Virus record (IMG/VR): IMGVR_UViG_3300033562_000771
Coordinates: 62,001-126,000 of that record
Strand: one strand, 5' to 3'
DNA length: 64,000 nucleotides
Source: an uncultured virus (IMG/VR IMGVR_UViG_3300033562_000771)
Lineage: Duplodnaviria > Heunggongvirae > Uroviricota > Caudoviricetes
Both the position numbers and the translations under genes were made by a program. This document shows, piece by piece, positions 38,252 to 44,524 of the stretch. The notes below the pieces were generated by a model. It was not told where the DNA came from. It made no database searches and saw only the letters and a program-made list of their open reading frames with translations. Every line of letters starts with the position of its first letter. The stretch's first letter is position 1.

Positions 38252-38325
38252 TGGGGTGTCCGAGGAGACTTGAACTCCCAACCCGCAGGATCAGACCTAG
38301 CCCTAGCCACTCGGGTCACATGCGC
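38252..38325 (-). pseudogene. Chimeric tRNA remnant (Cys-like 5' half, His-like 3' half)
   Basis: Acceptor halves GCGCATG and CGGACAC do not pair; no anticodon loop. Confidence 0.5.
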
Positions 38326-38330
38326 GTTGT

Positions 38331-38416
38331 TGGGGTGTAGGACGGGACTCGAACCCGCATAGGACTTTCGTCCACAGGATCACAACCTGTTGCATAAACC
38401 ATTCTGCCACCTACAC
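38331..38416 (-). tRNA. trnH: tRNA-His(GTG) with long variable arm
   Basis: acagg TT GTG AT cctgt; V arm ggac-gaaa-gtcc; C73. Confidence 0.85.
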
Positions 38417-38457
38417 ACTCTGGGAATCAACAACCTCACCTAGGCTGCAAATTCGAT

Positions 38458-38534
38458 TGGTCGGAATGGTGAGATTTAAACTCACGGCCCCTGCCACCCC
38501 AAGGCAGTGCGCTATCAGGCTGCGCTACATTCCG
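38458..38534 (-). tRNA. trnP: tRNA-Pro(GGG)
   Basis: ctgcc TT GGG GT ggcag. Confidence 0.85.
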
Positions 38535-38538
38535 GTAT

Positions 38539-38613
38539 TGGTACCGACCCCCGGATTTGAACCGGGACTTGTTAGTTTCGAAGACTAAAGCTCTTCCGTT
38601 AAGCTAGGTCGGC
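38539..38613 (-). tRNA. trnR: tRNA-Arg(TCG)
   Basis: ttagt CT TCG AA actaa. Confidence 0.85.
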
Positions 38614-38619
38614 ATTGAT

Positions 38620-38698
38620 TGGTATCCCCGACTGGGTTTGAACCAGCGACCTCAAGTTTCGCAAACTTGCGCTCTAATCCGGGCTGAGCTACGGGGAT
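38620..38698 (-). tRNA. trnR: tRNA-Arg(GCG)
   Basis: caagt TT GCG AA acttg. Confidence 0.85.
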
Positions 38699-38705
38699 AT
38701 TGAAT

Positions 38706-38797
38706 TGGTGCGTTAGAGAGGATTCGAACCTCCAGTGCGGGGTCTCCCCCATTCCGGGTTACAGCCGGATGCAGTCCACCGTCTCTGCGGCTAACGC
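38706..38797 (-). tRNA. trnY: tRNA-Tyr(GTA)
   Basis: tccgg CT GTA AC ccgga; long V arm. Confidence 0.82.
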
Positions 38798-38804
38798 ATT
38801 GTAT

Positions 38805-38891
38805 TGGTGCCGAGAGTGGGAATCGAACCCACTAACCCTTGCGAGTGCCAGTTTTACAGACTGGTGCCCCGTCCAGTGAGGCGCTCTCGGC
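38805..38891 (-). tRNA. trnY: tRNA-Tyr(GTA), atypical D arm
   Basis: ccagt CT GTA AA actgg; G8; D stem GCCTC/GGGGC. Confidence 0.75.
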
Positions 38892-38898
38892 ATTGTAT

Positions 38899-38990
38899 TG
38901 GTGCGCGTGATGGGGATCGAACCCACAGTCGGCCTTTCGGCACACAGGAATCTCAGTCCTGCCCCTTTGCCAAGATTTGGGCACACGCGC
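38899..38990 (-). tRNA. trnL: tRNA-Leu(GAG)
   Basis: cagga CT GAG AT tcctg. Confidence 0.85.
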
Positions 38991-39255
38991 ATTAATGAAT
39001 TAAAGAACCTTAAAGGGACTATACTTAGGAAGAACGAAAAGTTTCATCTCATCTGGCAACATATTTCGAGTATCCATGTCCAGAATTAAGTCCCCAGTAT
39101 CCGTATTCCCCTGGTAGATCCCAACACGATCAGGATTAAACCCAGACCCATAAACGAGAAGTCTAGCACCCACTCTTGGGTATCTGAAATCAACACTCAA
39201 TGCTCTTGCAACCATTTTGAAACCTCAACTAAAGACATTTACTAAAGGAGAGTCT

Positions 39256-39813
39256 TTAGTGAAGATTGGTCGGGGTGAGAGGATTTGAACCTCCGCAACC
39301 ATTAAATCCTTCAGAAATGTTAGTATAGTCTGGAAGTATTATATGCCCCGTATGATACCCTGTGTGGCAATTCATGCAGAGTAAAATGCAGTGTTCAATC
39401 TCTTTATCTATTCTAGAAAAGCACCAACCAGACATATTTTTAAAGTTATCGTCTTTAAGACTAGGATCCAGGTGATGAATTGCTAATGCTTCATTAAAAT
39501 AATTGAACCCACAGACTGCACATTTCCCACCCAATTTTGTAGTAGCATATAACCTTTTCTCTCTAGCTTTTGCCATCGTGTAATCATTATGACACTTCCC
39601 ACACCGTGTAAACTTTTTACCGTAGAATCTGGATGGGTTTTCCTCACCACAAATTGAACACTTTGGAACTTTTTTAAGGTGTATCCTAACGGTATTACGA
39701 CACTTGTAGGGAGAACAGATTAAACAATACTTTCGAGTATTAATAACCCGATCCATACCGTCAATCACAATTCTATTAGGAAATGATACCCCACAATTAA
39801 GACACGTAGGCAT
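39256..39813 (-). CDS. HNH homing endonuclease; 3' end overlaps a tRNA-Pro 3' fragment (39267..39300)
   Basis: LGGKCAVCG...AIHHLDP...EIEHCILLCMNCH. Confidence 0.85.
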   Translation of the reverse strand: MPTCLNCGVSFPNRIVIDGMDRVINTRKYCLICSPYKCRNTVRIHLKKVPKCSICGEENPSRFYGKKFTRCGKCHNDYTMAKAREKRLYATTKLGGKCAVCGFNYFNEALAIHHLDPSLKDDNFKNMSGWCFSRIDKEIEHCILLCMNCHTGYHTGHIILPDYTNISEGFNGCGGSNPLTPTNLH

Positions 39814-39865
39814 GTAAGCCTCCTTATAAAGGAAATACCCTGTGTGTCTTCCTTACATCATGTAA

Positions 39866-39943
39866 TGGTCGGCCACCTCAGATTCGAACTGAGGACCCCT
39901 AGCTCCCAAAGCTAGTGCGCTAACCAGACTGCGCTAGTGGCCG
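39866..39943 (-). tRNA. trnP: tRNA-Pro(TGG)
   Basis: ctagc TT TGG GA gctag. Confidence 0.9.
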
Positions 39944-39975
39944 ATGATTAAATTATAACACACTTCGTTAACATT

Positions 39976-40064
39976 TGGTAGGCGTGTCCAGAGTCGAACT
40001 GGAACAAGGAGCTAATCTGCTAGCGGTTTATAAGACCGCCTATGCAGCCATACATCACACGCCT
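39976..40064 (-). tRNA. trnI: tRNA-Ile(TAT) with long variable region
   Basis: gcggt CT TAT AA accgc. Confidence 0.75.
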
Positions 40065-40073
40065 GTCAAAGAT

Positions 40074-40147
40074 TGGTTAGGATGCCCCGACTCGAACGGG
40101 GAAAGGGAGGATCAAAACCTCCTGGTTTGCCATTAGCCTACATCCCA
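40074..40147 (-). tRNA. trnQ: tRNA-Gln(TTG)
   Basis: ggagg TT TTG AT cctcc. Confidence 0.88.
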
Positions 40148-40192
40148 ATTGTCTTAGTTACGAGTTAAGAATAGTAGATTCGAACTAATTTT

Positions 40193-40269
40193 TGGTACCC
40201 CCACCCAGACTCGAACTGGGAGAACTCTCGGATCTGAACCGAGCGACTTTGCCATTTGTCCATGGGGGC
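40193..40269 (-). tRNA. trnL: tRNA-Leu(CAG), short variable loop
   Basis: ctcgg TT CAG AT ccgag. Confidence 0.8.
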
Positions 40270-40274
40270 TAGAT

Positions 40275-40352
40275 TGGTGCCGATGGAGGGATTCGAACCC
40301 CCAAGACCCATATTTTGAGTATGAGATGTCAAGCCAGTTTCATCACATCGGC
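40275..40352 (-). tRNA. trnL: tRNA-Leu(CAA), short variable loop
   Basis: tcata CT CAA AA tatgg. Confidence 0.8.
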
Positions 40353-40357
40353 ATTTT

Positions 40358-40434
40358 TGGTCCGCACGGAGGGGGTCGAACCCACACTGACAAGAATTTG
40401 AACCTTGTGCCTCTTCCAATTGGGCTACGTGCAG
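40358..40434 (-). tRNA. trnL: tRNA-Leu(CAA) second copy, short variable loop
   Basis: caagg TT CAA AT tcttg. Confidence 0.75.
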
Positions 40435-40437
40435 CTA

Positions 40438-40707
40438 TTACCAAGAATCCTGGTTGAAGGCTTGAGATTCAAACTCCACGATTTTCCGTAGGGAATCATT
40501 GTGGATCATCAACTCCCCAGAGGAATTGAGCATGAAGTCCCTCAAGCCAGGGGTGGATACTACCAGTCCCCTATCCAAAGCCAGTTCAAGAGCTTCCTCC
40601 ACCAAATCTAGGGGGAGGCTAACTTTCTTAGATATCCTTACAGGTGAGTTAAATCCCGTATTAAGCAACGCTCGTAGGGTGTCATACATCTCATCATCTG
40701 TGACCAT
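40438..40707 (-). CDS. Winged-helix-like hypothetical protein
   Basis: ISKKVSLPLDLVEEALELALDRGLV; GGAGG SD. Confidence 0.5.
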   Translation of the reverse strand: MVTDDEMYDTLRALLNTGFNSPVRISKKVSLPLDLVEEALELALDRGLVVSTPGLRDFMLNSSGELMIHNDSLRKIVEFESQAFNQDSW

Positions 40708-40738
40708 GTAGGCCTCCAGGAAAAGGAGATGTTAGCAC

Positions 40739-41089
40739 CTAATCCCCAAAACGTCCACCCTCTCTACGGAAGTCATCATAACCAGGGTGGGAACTCGAAG
40801 CCGTGGGGCCACTTGAGTAGCCATGTTTGGCGAGAACTTCTCGAAGATCCCCCGCCAAAGCTGAAGATGCCTGAGCTTCGGATTCATCGAGATCCTCGTC
40901 CAAAGCATTAAAAAAGCCGCGAAGATGAATAGAGAGTTCTGTAATGTCAGCCTTAGGGATGGGAACGTGCCGCATAAGGCTCTTAGAGTTTTCACTAGCC
41001 AAAACCATACTCCTCATAAGGGTTAGAATCCGTTCTCGCCGCTCATGCTGTCGTTGCTGTTGGATAGGTGTCATCATTTGAAGCTCCAT
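40739..41089 (-). CDS. Hypothetical protein
   Basis: 116 aa; promoter copy immediately upstream. Confidence 0.55.
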   Translation of the reverse strand: MELQMMTPIQQQRQHERRERILTLMRSMVLASENSKSLMRHVPIPKADITELSIHLRGFFNALDEDLDESEAQASSALAGDLREVLAKHGYSSGPTASSSHPGYDDFRREGGRFGD

Positions 41090-41095
41090 GCCACT

Positions 41096-41125
41096 AGATA
41101 CGCTCGATTCCAGTAAAAGATCCAG
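41096..41125 (-). promoter_or_regulatory. Phage promoter motif copy
   Basis: CTGGA-N18-CGTATCT. Confidence 0.65.
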
Positions 41126-41131
41126 ACATAT

Positions 41132-41208
41132 TGGTACCAGCAGCCAGTTTCGAACTGGCCCTATCAGGGATATGAATCCTGCGCCTCCACCGAGTTGGCT
41201 TTGCTGGC
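41132..41208 (-). tRNA. trnM: tRNA-Met(CAT)
   Basis: cagga TT CAT AT ccctg. Confidence 0.75.
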
Positions 41209-41215
41209 ATAAGAT

Positions 41216-41291
41216 TGGTGGGTCCTCCGGGATTTGAACCCGGAACCTATCGCTTAAGAGGCGAGTACTCTAGCCATTGAGTTAAGGACCC
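41216..41291 (-). tRNA. trnK: tRNA-Lys(CTT)
   Basis: ctcgc CT CTT AA gcgat. Confidence 0.88.
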
Positions 41292-41297
41292 TTGGAT

Positions 41298-41371
41298 TGG
41301 CAGGTGCGGAGAGACTCGAACTCTCATAACTGGTATCACAGACCAGCACTCTTCCTTTGAGATACGCACCG
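41298..41371 (-). tRNA. tRNA with GTG anticodon but G73 (identity uncertain)
   Basis: ctggt CT GTG AT accag; C1xU72; G73. Confidence 0.65.
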
Positions 41372-41404
41372 TTTATGGGGATGCTCAGCATCCGATTTAA
41401 AAAA

Positions 41405-41499
41405 TGGAGGCGGGGGCTGGATTTGAACCAGCGACAGGGTTTGTGACCCTTTTTCGAGTTTATGAGACTCATGAGGACTCCAGGCTCCTCTACCCCGCT
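41405..41499 (-). tRNA. trnM: Initiator-like tRNA(CAT) with long variable arm, copy 1
   Basis: 1:72 mismatch; tgagt CT CAT AA actcg; V arm agggt-cacaa-accct. Confidence 0.75.
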
Positions 41500-41580
41500 A
41501 TTGTTTTGAATTTCCGAGCGGGGAGGGAGTGCATGCCCTCGTTACCCCGACCTCTCCATGAGGCCAGCCCGAATTTATTA

Positions 41581-41918
41581 TAGGTGAACCATAAGCGGGA
41601 TTCTGTCGTGTGACATCATTCCTCTGGGACCAGCATCACTGTTGGCCTCTAGCAGCAACCCGAAGACTACCCGAGCAGGGTCATCATCCTCTGTTTGCCT
41701 TGCTCCACAAGGGGTTTACCATGCCTGTCCTGTTACCAGTCCAGCGGTGGGCTCTTACTCCACCCTTTCACCCTTACCTGATCCCTTTCGGGCCATCGGC
41801 GGTTTGCTTTCTGTTGCACTTTCCGTCAGGTTGCCCTGCCCAGTAGTTAGCTGGCTTGTTGCTCTGTGGAGTCCCGACTTTCCTCTGGTGGTTAGCCAGC
41901 GATGTCCAGGTTTACCTA
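41581..41918 (-). ncRNA. rnpB: RNase P RNA (type A-like)
   Basis: GAGGAAAGTCGGG...AGTGCAACAGAAAGCAAACCGCC...GGTAAACCCC...ACAGAATCCCGCTTA; P1 TAGGTAAACC/GGTTCACCTA. Confidence 0.95.
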
Positions 41919-41923
41919 AAAAT

Positions 41924-41999
41924 TGGTGGACCGCATCGGGATCGAACCGACATTCTCCGCCGTGCAAGGGCAGCGATTTCCCATTAAATCTTCCGGCCC
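41924..41999 (-). tRNA. trnA: tRNA-Ala(TGC)
   Basis: ctgcc CT TGC AC ggcgg; G3.U70. Confidence 0.82.
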
Positions 42000-42030
42000 A
42001 TTTCAATCCACTCCCAGTTTAGTGGGAGAC
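42000..42030 (-). repeat. Solitary type I-C-like CRISPR repeat unit abutting tRNA-Ala
   Basis: GTCTCCCACTAAACTGGGAGTGGATTGAAAT. Confidence 0.55.
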
Positions 42031-42050
42031 ATACAAGATACAGAAAAACT

Positions 42051-42123
42051 TTCTCAAGAGAAAAGTGGATCGCGTGTTTTTTGCACCAAAAGCGAAGTAA
42101 CGCTACTCCTAGCTACTTGAGAA
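42051..42123 (-). ncRNA. Short Y-RNA-like RNA
   Basis: TCTCAAGTAGCTAGGAGTAGCGTTACTTCGC TTTTGGT GC...CGCGATCC...TCTCTTGAGA. Confidence 0.65.
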
Positions 42124-42128
42124 AAGAT

Positions 42129-42309
42129 TGGCTCCCACTCTCGGACTTACTGCCAGACCACTAGGCGTCCCAGGAATGGTCATGATTGGCGAACTGGGAG
42201 AATTACGATATCTCGACATCAACCTTAACAGGGTTGCGCTCTTCCTCTGAGCTACCAGTCCTTAGTTTCTTAAACCAGTCATTCGCTTTAACCACTGAGC
42301 TAAGCGGGA
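42129..42309 (-). pseudogene. Outer degenerate tRNA-Asn-like gene interrupted by an inner tRNA
   Basis: TCCCGCT/AGTGGGA-G-CCA acceptor, D arm and ATGA/TCAT anticodon stem flank the inner gene. Confidence 0.55.
42187..42261 (-). tRNA. trnN: tRNA-Asn(GTT), atypical T loop
   Basis: caacc CT GTT AA ggttg; G73. Confidence 0.78.
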
Positions 42310-42315
42310 ATGATT

Positions 42316-42867
42316 TTAATTCTTCAAAGCTTTATATCTTGCATTTGTCAGTTCCCGAGTCTCGGGCATCCCTGAGAATTCTTTAGGGTTAGCTTCAAGA
42401 AGTTCTTTTCGTATTACGTTTTCCCATGCTACAGCTTCAATCTCAAACGTCCTATGGGACCAGTCCGTGGTGGCTTTCTCACGATTAACCATTTCAATGA
42501 ACTGTTCTGGAGTTGACTTAACAGTTGCTTGCCATACATGGAAAATTTCATGGGCTAGGACTGGTTCTAACCTATCATAGCATCTTTTGACATCTTCCAC
42601 ATCTATTTTTATTGTAAATGACCCATCTGCATAAATGGCAGTCTGACCTAGATCAGAGCCCTTAAGCTTTTCATTAGATATCTTAGTGATATCTACCGCA
42701 CCAAGAATTTTAACCGTAGAAGGTGAGTTAGCCAAGAGTTTATTGAAGGCTAGTTCAATCTGCTGTTGGTCAGTGAGGGCATTTATATTCCCCTTATAGA
42801 TCCCATACCCAGCGGCAGCTAAAATAATTACGGCCCCTACTGCGATACCGACTTGCTTGAGTGTCAT
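42316..42867 (-). CDS. Membrane-anchored HExxH metallopeptidase-like protein
   Basis: N-terminal TM; VLAHEIFHVWQ...FEIEA. Confidence 0.6.
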   Translation of the reverse strand: MTLKQVGIAVGAVIILAAAGYGIYKGNINALTDQQQIELAFNKLLANSPSTVKILGAVDITKISNEKLKGSDLGQTAIYADGSFTIKIDVEDVKRCYDRLEPVLAHEIFHVWQATVKSTPEQFIEMVNREKATTDWSHRTFEIEAVAWENVIRKELLEANPKEFSGMPETRELTNARYKALKN

Positions 42868-42906
42868 GGTGGCTCCTTCTATGAAAGAAGAAACCGTATA
42901 AAACTC

Positions 42907-43044
42907 CCAGAGAAACTTAAAGAAGGGCTTGATCGCCTAACCATTAGGCAATTCCCCAGAGATTAAACTTGGCGGGGAATCTTGGAATCGAACCAAGAAA
43001 CTTCAGCGTGAGCTGAATCGAAGTATCCTGCTTCTTACTACTGG
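42907..43044 (-). ncRNA. YrlA-like Y RNA with permuted tRNA-like domain
   Basis: CCAGTAG..GGATACTTCG, T arm GGTTCGATTCC, acceptor-like stem, then D arm GCCTAATGGTTAGGC, closing TCTCTGG. Confidence 0.78.
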
Positions 43045-43048
43045 AAAT

Positions 43049-43126
43049 TGGTGGAAGGTAACGGAATCGAACCGATTTCTAAGGATTTTCAGTCCTTCGC
43101 TGAATGACCACACTAGCTCACCTTCC
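43049..43126 (-). tRNA. trnF: tRNA-Phe(GAA)
   Basis: aagga CT GAA AA tcctt. Confidence 0.85.
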
Positions 43127-43133
43127 ATATTGG

Positions 43134-43285
43134 AACCTTGCAAAGAAAATTGACTAGCCGAATTTTACGTGCCTCTACCACTGGGCTAATCCGGCATGGG
43201 TTGTTCTGGTGCCGGATGATGGAGTCGAACCACCGCTTTACGCGCTTAACGGGCGAAGTAAGGCTTGTCTAGCTATTGCAAGGTT
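43134..43285 (-). ncRNA. YrlA-like Y RNA
   Basis: TTACTTCGC CCGTTAA GC, T arm, acceptor TCCGGCA/TGCCGGA, D arm AGCCCAGTGGTAGAGGC; closing stem CCTTGCAA. Confidence 0.8.
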
Positions 43286-43295
43286 TAAAAAGAAA

Positions 43296-43429
43296 TCTTT
43301 CAGAGAAAGGCCATCCGAGAGGTTTAGGCGCTCTATCCAACTGAGCTACAGAGGTTGCCCCCTGGTGAGACTCGAACTCACGACATCCCGCTTTACAGGC
43401 GAAGTATCTCAAATGTTGCTACTGAAAGA
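43296..43429 (-). ncRNA. YrlA-like Y RNA
   Basis: GATACTTCGC CTGTAAA GC, T arm GTGAGTTCGAGTCTCAC, D arm GTAGCTCAGTTGGATAGAGC; closing stem TCTTTCAG. Confidence 0.8.
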
Positions 43430-43434
43430 CTTAT

Positions 43435-43508
43435 TGGCGGTTCCAAGGGGAGTTGAACCCCTGACATTGGCGTGACAAGCCAACATTTTACCGTTAAACT
43501 ATGGAACC
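43435..43508 (-). tRNA. trnD: tRNA-Asp(GTC)
   Basis: ttggc TT GTC AC gccaa; G73. Confidence 0.88.
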
Positions 43509-43516
43509 AAATGAAA

Positions 43517-43605
43517 CCTTCAGAGATAGTTGAGGAGGAGGTTAAACCCTTTCGGGTTCGGTTGGATTTGAACCAACTACTTACGGCTTACAAGGCTACG
43601 CGCCG
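43517..43605 (-). ncRNA. 5'-truncated Y-RNA-like element
   Basis: GC CTTGTAA GC, T arm GTTGGTTCAAATCCAAC, 3' TCTCTGAAGG; no matching 5' strand. Confidence 0.45.
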
Positions 43606-43610
43606 ATTGT

Positions 43611-43705
43611 TGGAAGCGGGGGCTGGATTTGAACCAGCGACAGGGTTTGTGACCCTTTTTCGAGTTTATGAGACTCATGAGGACTCCAGGCTCCTCTACC
43701 CCGCG
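43611..43705 (-). tRNA. trnM: Initiator-like tRNA(CAT) with long variable arm, copy 2
   Basis: Near-identical to 41405..41499; C1xU72. Confidence 0.75.
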
Positions 43706-43720
43706 ATATTTTGCCCTCCT

Positions 43721-43803
43721 TGCCTAGCCAGGGATCGAACCCTGTTGCTGTTTCCAACGCTGGTGTTACAGACCAATACCCCGTCCAGTGAGGTGCGCTC
43801 GAC
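43721..43803 (-). tRNA. Degenerate tRNA-Tyr(GTA)-like, no CCA
   Basis: ttggt CT GTA AC accag; D arm like that of 38805..38891; acceptor mismatch. Confidence 0.5.
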
Positions 43804-43816
43804 ATTGTTTAAATTT

Positions 43817-43893
43817 TGGTCGGTGTGGTCGGATTTGAACCGACGATCTCTCGCTTCCGGGGCGAGCCGTGGACCAGACTCACTTTCACACCG
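43817..43893 (-). tRNA. trnP: tRNA-Pro(CGG)
   Basis: ctcgc CC CGG AA gcgag. Confidence 0.8.
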
Positions 43894-43894
43894 A

Positions 43895-43969
43895 TGGTAA
43901 CCCCAAGGGGAATTGAACCCCTATTTACTGGATGAGAACCAGTTTTCCTAGCCGTTAGAAGATGGAGTC
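43895..43969 (-). tRNA. trnE: tRNA-Glu(CTC)
   Basis: actgg TT CTC AT ccagt. Confidence 0.85.
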
Positions 43970-43971
43970 AT

Positions 43972-44051
43972 TGGTAGCAGTGACGGGACTTGAACCCGCT
44001 AGAATAACCTGTTTGAAGGACAGGTCGCTCGACCACTTTGCGCTCACTGCT
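43972..44051 (-). tRNA. trnE: tRNA-Glu(TTC), atypical
   Basis: cctgt CC TTC AA acagg. Confidence 0.7.
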
Positions 44052-44434
44052 ATAGTAACCCCGAGTATTACTCTGTGGGGTTGCTCCAGAGCGGTCTTTT
44101 ACATTTATATTGTCACCTAAGTCCCGTTGATACCGATGATGCTCCATGGAGTATGCTCCACCGAAAGTTGATCTGTCGAGTATCCTAGCTCTCAAAGTAT
44201 GTCAAAAAATGCTAGACCAATTATCGACTTGAGTATCAATTACCTCAAAGTCTCTCCCCTCCCGCCCATAAGAACGGGAGGGGGTTGGCTTATTATATCT
44301 ATTATTTAGTTGTCTAGGATCTGTGATAGGCCCGTGAGCCTAATGGAGGTGGTCCAAAGGGAGGTCGCCCTTCAGCTTAGTCAGGTAGCGTTTGAGACAA
44401 CGTGGGGGGACCCACATTACACTCCTGAACCGAT

Positions 44435-44524
44435 TGGCGGAAGATAAGGGAATCGAACCCTTTCAACTCTTTCAAGTCGCTGGTTTAGCAAACCAGTGCA
44501 GCACTCCAACTCTGCCGATCTTCC
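44435..44524 (-). tRNA. trnS: tRNA-Ser(GCT)
   Basis: ctggt TT GCT AA accag; long V arm; G73. Confidence 0.88.

Noticed and set aside
15905..42030. CRISPR array or Cas system
   Set aside because: Only two isolated repeats 26 kb apart, no regular spacers and no cas genes.
40358..44051. Possible opal or Sec tRNAs (TCA within loops at 40358 and 43972)
   Set aside because: Best stem pairing gives CAA and TTC anticodons; there is no Sec-type fold.
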